Shown here: positions 21,736 through 30,057 of the stretch, one piece after another
How positions within the stretch are numbered: the first letter of the stretch is position 1
Layout: each line of letters starts with the position of its first letter
Source: a virus
DNA length: 42,905 bases
Virus record (IMG/VR): IMGVR_UViG_3300044837_000070
Coordinates: 1-42,905 of that record
Direction: 5' to 3' (one strand)
The notes under the pieces: generated by a model
Database searches by the model: none
What the model was told of the DNA's origin: nothing
Seen by the model: the letters and a program-made list of their open reading frames with translations, nothing else
Translations under genes and position numbers: made by a program

Positions 21736-22413
21736 CTATGAAGTGGTTATTGTCGTTACATTGGCAAGGCTGGATATGTTGTTTACAGAGAGAGTCGGAA
21801 AAGTACGAGAGTAACTTACGACCAGGACGGGGTTGGCTGTGCCATCTGATAAAGCATCAATCTCAGTAACCTGGTTACTGACCCACGCTCCAGTGAAGCT
21901 ATTGTTTAGATCCCACCCCAGCCTGAGTCCGAATTTGCTAATACCATTCACGGTGATGTTAGATAGTCCACTGGCATTAAGGGAGATCACGTTGTCGGCT
22001 CCCACAGTCCAGCTCGCGTAAGATACCGAACCGAAGGATGTAGACCCTAGTGTCGAGTAGTCCGCAGCAACAATACTTGAAGTGCTGGCCGGATTGGCCG
22101 ACACCAACTCAAGAGTATCTGTCCCTAGACCGCTAGATTTAAAGTAGCCTCTTAGAGTCAAAGTGGCCGATGTCACTGTCGCTCCGGCCGGTATAGAAGT
22201 AGTATCAAATACCATTATAGTTCGTTTCAGCTCCGAGTATTGATTAGTCGTGCTGGTGGCTGTCAATCTGCCGTATATCAAACCATCAACAGAGACGGAT
22301 GTCCCAGCCCCTCCTCTAATAGTTGCGAAAGATTCGTTGACACCACTACGTGTTGGGCTTCCGTAAACGCTCTGAACAAATCTCGTTGTGTAGAAGTTAG
22401 TGACAGTCGCCAT
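21736..22413 (-). CDS. Virion-block protein (225 aa), beta-rich Ser/Thr-rich
   Basis: The track ORF extends to 22455. ATG 22413 overlaps the upstream stop (TAATG) and gives MATVTNFY... as the preferred start. Confidence 0.7.
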   Translation of the reverse strand: MATVTNFYTTRFVQSVYGSPTRSGVNESFATIRGGAGTSVSVDGLIYGRLTATSTTNQYSELKRTIMVFDTTSIPAGATVTSATLTLRGYFKSSGLGTDTLELVSANPASTSSIVAADYSTLGSTSFGSVSYASWTVGADNVISLNASGLSNITVNGISKFGLRLGWDLNNSFTGAWVSNQVTEIDALSDGTANPVLVVSYSRTFPTLSVNNISSLANVTTITTS

Positions 22414-24257
22414 TATACAACCGTAATGTTTCCGATCGAGCTTTGAACAACCCAATCCGTGTTAGCAGTTATACATACCATACTTACACTGTCGTATCTT
22501 TGAAGGCTTGCGAGTGTCCCCGTTACTCCCGTAGTTGTGTTCAAGGCCCCGAAGTGGATGGTCAAACCGCTTGGTTGTGCGATCGTCCAGCCCCCAGCCC
22601 CCTTTCCGACTACCTGGACAACATCCCCCACCGCCGCGGTCGCTGGCATTGTCACTGTAGCTGTTGGGCTAGCACTATTCATTATGTAGCCATTATTAAC
22701 ACTCGCAGTCCCAGTCGTTGTTATAGTCGTCCAGGGCATATTACCAGTTGAAGCTATAGTTATAGAGCCATTTCCATTGGTAACGCTTATGCCATTCCCC
22801 GCGGTTATTGTCGCTTTAGTTAGGGTATTACCCGAAGTGTTGCCTATAAGAAGTTGGCCATCCGTGTAAGTTGTTTGACCTGTACCTCCGTTCCCTACGG
22901 GAAGAGTTCCTGTCACACCAGACGTCAAGGGAAGCCCGGTCACGTTAGTCATCACACCCGATGCTGGAGTTCCGAGTGCCGGTGTAGTCAGGATTGGACT
23001 GGTTAGGGTCTTGTTCGTAAGGGTTTGGGCGGTTGTCTTGTCTACGGTCACTGAAGTGTCGATGGCAATCGTTAATCCCGTAATACTGATTCCATTCCCC
23101 GCAATAATGGAGCCAGGCCCTGCAACCTGTACAAACGTTATAGCATCTGTTCCTATAGTTGGCATCGTAATACCTGTATATGTCCACGTCGTTGCAGCAA
23201 GAGTATTACCTGCGCTCACGAAGAGAGTGTCTCCTGTGTCTATATCAGCTGATTGATCAAAGTCTGCTGCACGAGTCATCACAAAGACAGCCGCAACAGT
23301 ACCTACGGCTGTAACAACATAGATACCATTTTGAAAGGCAGAAACTTGGTTTTTGACCAAGATCCTATCGCCTACAGATGGGGTAGTACTATCAATACTT
23401 AACGCCCCAAAAGAAACTCCCGTAAGAGTCGCGCCCACTCCCGAAGAGCCATTTGAATAAACCAAGGTCGGCAAAGCCGCAATAGTCGCGTATTTCGCAG
23501 CCTCTTTATAGTCGCCGCCCTGCACAGCGCTGTCCACATAGGCTGTAGTGGCTATTTTAGTGGAGTTATCGCCTTGAGTCTGGGTGGTGGTTGTAGGGCT
23601 ACCTGCGAGGGCTACACTTGACTTAATAGTGGTTGCGAACGACCCAGTTCCAGAACCGGTTACATCACTCGTTAGGGTGATAGTCTGATCACCAGTATTG
23701 ACCCCTGAGATGTCGGCATTGTTCAGGACTGTGAGAGTTTTTCCAGCGACAACCACGAGCGCCCCTGCCGCACCAGAACTAATAGATAAAGCGTTTATAG
23801 TTGTTGCTGTTGCCACACCTAAAGAAGGTGTCGTAAAAGCCGGGGAAGTTGTCATCGCTACATTCCCCGAACCAGAGATTGTATACTCCCCTAGTACGCC
23901 AGCGTTGTCGAATAGCACCCTGGTGGTAGTGCCGCTTGCTATCGTTGTAGTACCAACCACCAAGCCACCGGAAGGTGGGCTGACCCACTTCAGGCCCGTT
24001 GTCTCACCTGAATCGGAGGCCAGGACTTCACCGTCTGCGCCTACGGGAAGACGAGTATCCAGTGATGAGAAAGTATAGAGGTCGCCTTTAGTTGTTAGAG
24101 GTGAAGCACCACCACCTGTTGACGCAATAGAAATATCCTGACCGGTCTGTGTCAGAGTAATATTTGCTCCCTGGGATAACGTCACTGCCCCAATGAGAGG
24201 GGTTGAACCTGTCTTATTGATCCGCGATACTCGTGAGGAAGAAGCTTGGTTACTCAT
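22413..24257 (-). CDS. Long tail fibre protein (614 aa)
   Basis: [24 protein letters not shown] and [22 protein letters not shown] are classic fibre-repeat motifs. Thr/Gly/Ser-rich. Confidence 0.75.
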   Translation of the reverse strand: MSNQASSSRVSRINKTGSTPLIGAVTLSQGANITLTQTGQDISIASTGGGASPLTTKGDLYTFSSLDTRLPVGADGEVLASDSGETTGLKWVSPPSGGLVVGTTTIASGTTTRVLFDNAGVLGEYTISGSGNVAMTTSPAFTTPSLGVATATTINALSISSGAAGALVVVAGKTLTVLNNADISGVNTGDQTITLTSDVTGSGTGSFATTIKSSVALAGSPTTTTQTQGDNSTKIATTAYVDSAVQGGDYKEAAKYATIAALPTLVYSNGSSGVGATLTGVSFGALSIDSTTPSVGDRILVKNQVSAFQNGIYVVTAVGTVAAVFVMTRAADFDQSADIDTGDTLFVSAGNTLAATTWTYTGITMPTIGTDAITFVQVAGPGSIIAGNGISITGLTIAIDTSVTVDKTTAQTLTNKTLTSPILTTPALGTPASGVMTNVTGLPLTSGVTGTLPVGNGGTGQTTYTDGQLLIGNTSGNTLTKATITAGNGISVTNGNGSITIASTGNMPWTTITTTGTASVNNGYIMNSASPTATVTMPATAAVGDVVQVVGKGAGGWTIAQPSGLTIHFGALNTTTGVTGTLASLQRYDSVSMVCITANTDWVVQSSIGNITVV

Positions 24258-24814
24258 CAGCTAGAAATATAAGAGACGCCTTCCCCGTTCACACTACTGT
24301 CGAGGAAGATAGTCGCAAGGTTAGAAATGTCTAACGAGACAGTATCACCAGCAGAGAGCTGAAACCCATTAGAGGACGCCACAGCACTATCCCCTACATA
24401 GATAAAGCCCGTATTCCCCACTAGCGCCTTGATTGCCACCGATTTAATGGCTTGAGAGGAAGCAAGTGATACTCTCACTCCTGCCGTCGTGACAGCCTTC
24501 CTGCCGTTATATATTGTTGTAGGTGCCGCTGAAGTGGTCGTGACGCTCCAGCTTCCACTTTGACTTACAGGCAATGCGCTTTGGTCACTAGCTATAGTAA
24601 TAGGTAGCGAGTTGGCCATCGTTTTCTGACCGAGAGTTATGGGACTCCCACCAATCTCGGTGATATTGCTATCCGTCGTTCCGACTGATCCTGCAATGTT
24701 AACGTTGATCGCCCCTGTCGCCGAAGTCCCCTCTACATAGAAGAAGCCACCCGTGATAGAGTCGATGGCACCGATTGATTCTCTGCTGTTGGGACTCATT
24801 ACGCCGTCAGACAT
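24257..24814 (-). CDS. Virion-block protein (185 aa)
   Basis: RBS TTAGGAGAAAC before the ATG. Its stop overlaps the fibre gene start (ATGA). Confidence 0.75.
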   Translation of the reverse strand: MSDGVMSPNSRESIGAIDSITGGFFYVEGTSATGAINVNIAGSVGTTDSNITEIGGSPITLGQKTMANSLPITIASDQSALPVSQSGSWSVTTTSAAPTTIYNGRKAVTTAGVRVSLASSQAIKSVAIKALVGNTGFIYVGDSAVASSNGFQLSAGDTVSLDISNLATIFLDSSVNGEGVSYISS

Positions 24815-24825
24815 GTTTCTCCTAA

Positions 24826-24865
24826 ATAAAAAAAGCCCTGCGAGGGCTGCCTTTCCACTAGTATA
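24826..24865 (-). promoter_or_regulatory. Hairpin (24834-24848) plus U-tract preceded by a -10-like TATACT (24860-24865); no convincing -35
   Basis: AGCCCT-GCG-AGGGCT then TTTTTTTATTT. Spacing from the -10 to the hairpin is 11 nt, as in the stronger modules. Confidence 0.35.
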
Positions 24866-25633
24866 CTATAAACCTGTAAACTTGGTATAGTTAAAGACAC
24901 GTTTCTCTTGCTGAGCGACTTTCGCTTCACGCGCATTAATGGCTTGTTCCCTCTTACCTAGCTGCATCGAGAGATCGGCGAGATCAGATCGGATGGTATC
25001 TTCTTCAGTCTTTACCTCGTGAAGAGATCGAGCTGCGTCGTTTAGTTGAGAATTCACTAGGCTTAACCGCTTCTTTGAGAGTTCCTCTTCACGATCGTAA
25101 GTAGCCTTTTGGAAGTCGAATTCTACATTGGCCTGTTCTAGATTAAGCTCTAGAACACTTTTCTGATCTGTGATGATACGTACTTTCTCCTGTGTATCTG
25201 CCAGTTCAGTGTGAAGACGGTCGATATCTGTCATTAAGGAGGTTTTCTCGCTTGTTAAGAGGGTCTTCTCCCCTTCTAAGGTGAGCTTCTCGCTATTAAG
25301 ACGTGCAACAATCTCAAGAATGACGCCTTTTTCTCTTTCAAGGCGTTTATCCTGCTCTTCCAGTTCCCGCTCTTTAAGGATTGATCTCTCTTCAAGGGCT
25401 TTGAGAGCTTCTTCTTTATTTACCAGCGAGGATTCTAACTCTTTCAAGGTCTTTGCCTGAGTCTTGAGCGCCTTATCAATAGATAACTTGGCGTTGCTAG
25501 CCTTCCCCTTTAGTTCTTCGTCGAAATTAAGACGTAGCTTTTCATGCTGCTCCAATAATGCTGCGGTGGCCCGCGAAAGAGTCTCAAACTCTGCCTGTTT
25601 GCTCTCTAGCTTTGCATCTATATCTTTAGGCAT
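24866..25633 (-). CDS. Coiled-coil protein (255 aa)
   Basis: E/K/L-rich and heptad-like throughout. TAATG coupling to the upstream gene. Confidence 0.75.
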   Translation of the reverse strand: MPKDIDAKLESKQAEFETLSRATAALLEQHEKLRLNFDEELKGKASNAKLSIDKALKTQAKTLKELESSLVNKEEALKALEERSILKERELEEQDKRLEREKGVILEIVARLNSEKLTLEGEKTLLTSEKTSLMTDIDRLHTELADTQEKVRIITDQKSVLELNLEQANVEFDFQKATYDREEELSKKRLSLVNSQLNDAARSLHEVKTEEDTIRSDLADLSMQLGKREQAINAREAKVAQQEKRVFNYTKFTGL

Positions 25634-26232
25634 TAAATCTTCTTTGTGACTGGGGATATAGTAACTGGACTCTCGACAGTAGGGAAAGCCACCTCTTCGT
25701 TCTTCTGTTTAAGAGCAATGTCTACTAGCTCACCTCGGGTTGCTACTGGGCCACCTAGTAAGTCGTCAATGCTCTTACGACCGGTGATAACTTCATCTTC
25801 CACTGATTTACGGTAGGTTGGCGCACCGATCTTTAGAGTGTTTCCACGGTAATGAAGGACCTCGTTAACTAGTTGTTTAATAACCACTTGGGCTTCGTCC
25901 CCACGAAGGTTAATAGAGGCCCCAGACTTAATCTCAATGATATTCGTGACGTGAGCGTTACTGGGATGATCTTGGTTTCGCAAGTCTAGTCCTGCCGCCC
26001 TTAAACTCGCTTCGTCAATCCCTTTGTCTTGGCCACCAACAATACGAATAGGAGCATTGACGGGACGACTCTGGGCTACTCTGCCCTTAAAGGTAAAAGG
26101 AAGGGGATTTGTTAAAGTCACATATTCATACTCACTTGCGCCATCTAGTGAGGCTCCTGGATTGACTTGGGACTCTTCGACAGCACCAACGCCTACCTCT
26201 GTTAAACCTGCGTACTTAGGGTTATTAGCCAT
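25633..26232 (-). CDS. Virion-block hypothetical protein (199 aa)
   Basis: Track ORF with an 8-nt overlap to the upstream small gene. Confidence 0.75.
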   Translation of the reverse strand: MANNPKYAGLTEVGVGAVEESQVNPGASLDGASEYEYVTLTNPLPFTFKGRVAQSRPVNAPIRIVGGQDKGIDEASLRAAGLDLRNQDHPSNAHVTNIIEIKSGASINLRGDEAQVVIKQLVNEVLHYRGNTLKIGAPTYRKSVEDEVITGRKSIDDLLGGPVATRGELVDIALKQKNEEVAFPTVESPVTISPVTKKI

Positions 26233-26437
26233 TTTTCTTACTCACTTTTTTAGGTTCTACTACGATCGTATTAGCTTCTTCTGGCTTTGGTTCTGACTCT
26301 TCAATCAAAGAAGTGAGAGAACGATACTCTCCCTGTAGTTTAAGCAGTTCTTCGTCAATCTGCTTCTTCTGTTCTACCAATTCGTTAAACTTTGCTTCTG
26401 CGACGCTACGTTTCTGTTTAAGAGATTCTGTATTCAT
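26225..26437 (-). CDS. Small coiled-coil protein (70 aa)
   Basis: Track ORF. No clear SD sequence. Confidence 0.55.
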   Translation of the reverse strand: MNTESLKQKRSVAEAKFNELVEQKKQIDEELLKLQGEYRSLTSLIEESEPKPEEANTIVVEPKKVSKKNG

Positions 26438-26462
26438 GACACGAGTTTATCATAACCATTTC

Positions 26463-26498
26463 TAAAACAAAAGAGCACCCCTAATAGAAGATGCTCTT
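26463..26498 (-). terminator. Possible minus-strand terminator after the 218-aa gene
   Basis: AGAGCA (26472-26477) pairs with TGCTCT (26492-26497) around a 14-nt loop, followed by TTTGTTTT on the minus strand. Confidence 0.35.
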
Positions 26499-26505
26499 TA
26501 TACTG

Positions 26506-27162
26506 CTAAGACTGGCTGTTATAGAGAGGGATGTATTTGGTTGTAGAACCAATAATCACCTTGATGTAACCAGCTTGAGTCGCTGTTGTACCTGTAGTGT
26601 TGGCCATTTGTCCGCCGCTTGGTAGGCGAGCAAAGGCTGTCCATCCTTGTGTAGAACCAGCATCATCAATCTTGATTGCCAGGACGTTCCCAGTGACAGT
26701 CTGGGAGGCCATATTCAAGTAACCTCGGAAAGCGACTATATCACCACTTACGGTGTTGCCCGAAGTCTGACTATCTGTCAGAGCCGCTTGGAAGCCTTCA
26801 AAGTTCCCGGAAATGGTTGAACCAGTTCCTTTAAATAGAGGCGTTGAAAGCACACCAACTATTGTGGCTGCGTTAATCCCAGTAGCAACCCGAGGGCTGA
26901 ACTCCGCACCGTTAATTGAACCAGTAGTGGTGACTGTTTGCTGTGGCTTAGTCTGAATGGCCGTACCTGTTCCACTCGTTTGAGCGTAGTTTCGGCTATT
27001 AACTTTTACTGTTTTGTTATCACTGGTGGTGTTGATCAAGAGATCTGAACCTGATGGAACGCTCCATCCTCCTGTAGTAACTATAGGGTAATCAGAGTTG
27101 TATCCTTCGTTCTGTCGAACGTAAGGTAGGTAACTCTCTGCTTTTCTATTTCCGGCTGCCAT
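26506..27162 (-). CDS. Head-proximal structural protein (218 aa)
   Basis: RBS TAAGGAGTCAAAAAT. Second gene after the capsid gene. Function unknown (decoration or connector are possibilities). Confidence 0.7.
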   Translation of the reverse strand: MAAGNRKAESYLPYVRQNEGYNSDYPIVTTGGWSVPSGSDLLINTTSDNKTVKVNSRNYAQTSGTGTAIQTKPQQTVTTTGSINGAEFSPRVATGINAATIVGVLSTPLFKGTGSTISGNFEGFQAALTDSQTSGNTVSGDIVAFRGYLNMASQTVTGNVLAIKIDDAGSTQGWTAFARLPSGGQMANTTGTTATQAGYIKVIIGSTTKYIPLYNSQS

Positions 27163-27193
27163 ATTTTTGACTCCTTAGAGTTTAGGCTTAATA

Positions 27194-27931
27194 TTATGCA
27201 AGTGTTAGGACGAATGGTGAATATTCTGTCGAGACAGTAAGCTCAGGCGCGTATCCGACTGGATTCACAACCGTTGCGTCTACCCGCGTTTCAACCGCTC
27301 CGTCCGTTCCGTTTGAAGGGATACCTTGAACATTCTTGGCAATCGCACCATCTGAAAGGACCGAGGCATAGCCACCGACTTGGTTCCAGAAGTAAGCGTT
27401 AGCTACGACAGCGACTGCTGGGACACCTGTGATAGGGATTCCAGGGCCTGAGCCAGATGCTGATAGAATGACTGCACTGTTCAGGTTGGGCATCAGGGAT
27501 GCTTCACTCGTAGCCGCCAGAGCGACTGTGAGAGGCTCTGCAAGGTTAATGGTAATCGAGTAGCTATTCGTAGAAGTAGCTGCCGTGTTACCAAGAATCA
27601 GTGAGTATTGGCCCTGACCTGTTCCGTCGTTAACCACAAAGTAACCGCCAGCGTATTCATCTTCTGCTACTGCGGTAGCACCAATAGTGTAGGTTAGTTG
27701 AGTTGTACCGATTGGCCAAATAGCGTCGACGGTTTGGTTCACACTGTTCGTGACTTGAGCTGGAGCCTGGGTAATAAGCCCTGGGGCGAGTGCGACTGCA
27801 CCGTTACGACTGTACACGAAGGTACGGCCATCAGGTGTTCCCGCGTATTGACCCAAGTATTCGCCACCACGACTCAGTGAGGTAGTGTGAATGTCTTGGT
27901 CGGTGATCTGAATTGCTGCTGCTAAACTCAT
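27194..27931 (-). CDS. Head-proximal structural protein (245 aa)
   Basis: RBS TAAGGAGATAAT. Immediately downstream of the capsid gene. Confidence 0.7.
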   Translation of the reverse strand: MSLAAAIQITDQDIHTTSLSRGGEYLGQYAGTPDGRTFVYSRNGAVALAPGLITQAPAQVTNSVNQTVDAIWPIGTTQLTYTIGATAVAEDEYAGGYFVVNDGTGQGQYSLILGNTAATSTNSYSITINLAEPLTVALAATSEASLMPNLNSAVILSASGSGPGIPITGVPAVAVVANAYFWNQVGGYASVLSDGAIAKNVQGIPSNGTDGAVETRVDATVVNPVGYAPELTVSTEYSPFVLTLA

Positions 27932-27951
27932 ATTATCTCCTTATATCTTTC

Positions 27952-29025
27952 TTAGACACCTGTGATGCCGCTAATTTTAGCTGTTCGGTTAGGGTTCAGG
28001 CAGATCAAGTTACCGTACATAACGAAGATACCGACTTCAGCAAGTTGACCAACGGGTTGGATGTACTTGCGGAATTGGAAGGCCGAAACCTTGTACTTGT
28101 CGTATGCACCAGTCGTAACGGTCTCAGTCGTCGCAACCATATCAAGGGTATTGATTGGAAGTGAGCGGAATTGGAACCATTTCTCGTTGATGAACCACTG
28201 CGTACCTGCTGGAGCTTTTTGATCGCGGACGTAGTTCTTGCCTCGGAAGTCAACGCTGGTTGCGCCACCCTTAAGGTTAAGACCTGCACTCGCTTGTACT
28301 GGCTGTCCAACACCCGTTGAGCCGTTTGTGAACTCACCGCCCAATGCACCATAAGTGGCAAACTGTGAAGGAGTTAACAGGCTTGAGTAGTACGACCAAA
28401 CGGTAGGGTCGCTCAAGATCAAGTTAGTAGTCTCTGAGAGATCACCTGAAATTGTCGAGCCGTCGTCTGCCGCGTACATTGTCTCAAGATCGAGTGCTCC
28501 TGCTGGGGCACCGACTAGGAAGGCGTTAATAGTAGGAAAGGCTGATCGTGAAAGACCTGCGTAAGTAGAAGTCGAAGTACCGTCATCTACAATGTTTCCC
28601 AAACCATCAAAGTCATTACCCGTGCCGTATCCGTAGAAGATTTGGCCTAATGCGGTAATCATTGAGTTCTGCGCGTATTGGTATGAACCATCCGTCAGAT
28701 TAACGACACCTGCTGGAGTTTTGTTGATTGATTGTTCAATCAAGCTAACACCGACTGGTTGTGCGTATCCTGTTGGATACCAGGTGAACTTCTGGGTATT
28801 GAAGTCGATAGTTGTATCGAACGTTTCAGTCCCCTTAAAGCTACGACCTAAGTTAGAGTTGTTAGTAAAGATCGGAGCTTGGAAACTTCGGCCATTCCAG
28901 GGTTTTGGATTGGCGACGACTCGCTTCATAATCTCGCTCGATTTGTTTACGGTGTCAACGATACTAGAGTTAATGTCCTCTAAGGTGATGTTGTTGACCC
29001 TATCGTTCTGGGGCGTTGCTGCCAT
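27952..29025 (-). CDS. Major capsid protein (357 aa)
   Basis: Follows portal and scaffold in canonical order. Strong RBS (TAAGGAGAAAAGT) at the internal ATG 29025, which lies 24 codons inside the track ORF. The extension to 29097 would run through the leader hairpin. No fold-level evidence available. Confidence 0.6.
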   Translation of the reverse strand: MAATPQNDRVNNITLEDINSSIVDTVNKSSEIMKRVVANPKPWNGRSFQAPIFTNNSNLGRSFKGTETFDTTIDFNTQKFTWYPTGYAQPVGVSLIEQSINKTPAGVVNLTDGSYQYAQNSMITALGQIFYGYGTGNDFDGLGNIVDDGTSTSTYAGLSRSAFPTINAFLVGAPAGALDLETMYAADDGSTISGDLSETTNLILSDPTVWSYYSSLLTPSQFATYGALGGEFTNGSTGVGQPVQASAGLNLKGGATSVDFRGKNYVRDQKAPAGTQWFINEKWFQFRSLPINTLDMVATTETVTTGAYDKYKVSAFQFRKYIQPVGQLAEVGIFVMYGNLICLNPNRTAKISGITGV

Positions 29026-29065
29026 ACTTTTCTCCTTATATTTTAGGCTTCTATGGGGATTTTCT

Positions 29066-29133
29066 AATAAAAAAAGCGCCCCTGATAGGGCGGCCATTAG
29101 CTTAATAATAACGCAGGGTTATTAACTATGCAA
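29066..29133 (-). promoter_or_regulatory. Promoter (TTGCAT-17-TATTAT, 29105-29133), GCTAATGGC box, GC hairpin (29077-29092) and U-tract ahead of the capsid gene
   Basis: -35 at 29128-29133 and -10 at 29105-29110. GCTAATGGC at 29093-29101. Stem CGCCC/GGGCG, then CTTTTTTTATT, about 40 nt before ATG 29025. Confidence 0.6.
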
Positions 29134-29149
29134 TAGCTTTTTAGCTTTT

Positions 29150-30028
29150 TTAGAAAGTCTCTAGATCGGTGAGATTCATAGCTCTACCAACTGCAATGCC
29201 TTTGGGAGCAAGACTGACAGGATTAGGCGAGCTACCAGATACTCTTGCTCCTGCTGCCTTACGAGCAGCGGCAGCTTGTTTTTTAGTATCGTCCTCTTCT
29301 GAGTTCTTTTCTTCTAATTGCCAAGCATTCCAGGCATCAATGGCCGAAGTAATAGGCTTCAGGCCTGCTTTCTCTCGTACTATATTCTCGTCCCTCATGT
29401 AATTGAGGAGAGATACCTGCTCCTTAACCCCGGGCTGTTTAGCAATCTCTTTATCAGTCCAGTCTGCACTCAGATACTGAGGGTCGACTTTGGGAAGCTT
29501 TCCCTTAGAGACGAGGTAAGTAATCTCTGCAGCAATAGTATTGATAGATTCTTGCTGAGCGTCTGCCTCAGATTTCTTTTCGTTATACTCAGCTTTCTTA
29601 TCATCGTAATCGGCTTTATCTGAAGCTAGTTTGTTCTCCATACTCTGTGACTGTCTCAAGAACGACAGGATCTGAGCACTCGTGAACTTATCAGCATTCT
29701 CATCAGCAAACTCAGCAGCCTGTTCAGGAGTAGTGATCTTGGTTTTTTTGCCTTCAACCTCTACTTCAAACGAATAATCTGCCGGGGTATACTCGCCAGG
29801 GTCTACCAGTTGAACAGGGGCCTCAATAAAAGGGGCTTCTTTGGGTTCTTCAACTTCAGGAGTCTCAGGTTCTTCTTCCTCGGCTTCTTCGTCTTTGGGG
29901 TGTCCTGAGACTGAGACGTCAGCCCAATCTAAGGCCTGACTCGGATCGAGACGTACTTCACGCTCTCCTTCGGTTGAGGCCTCTGTTACTGGTTGATCAA
30001 CAATTGGTGCATCTGTTACATCGGTCAT
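29150..30028 (-). CDS. Scaffolding protein (292 aa, acidic, helical)
   Basis: Sits between the portal and capsid genes. Very acidic N-terminus (EEAEEEEPETPEVEEPKE). RBS AAAGGAGAAACGCAG. Confidence 0.5.
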   Translation of the reverse strand: MTDVTDAPIVDQPVTEASTEGEREVRLDPSQALDWADVSVSGHPKDEEAEEEEPETPEVEEPKEAPFIEAPVQLVDPGEYTPADYSFEVEVEGKKTKITTPEQAAEFADENADKFTSAQILSFLRQSQSMENKLASDKADYDDKKAEYNEKKSEADAQQESINTIAAEITYLVSKGKLPKVDPQYLSADWTDKEIAKQPGVKEQVSLLNYMRDENIVREKAGLKPITSAIDAWNAWQLEEKNSEEDDTKKQAAAARKAAGARVSGSSPNPVSLAPKGIAVGRAMNLTDLETF

Positions 30029-30057
30029 CTGCGTTTCTCCTTTTTCTTAGTATAACA

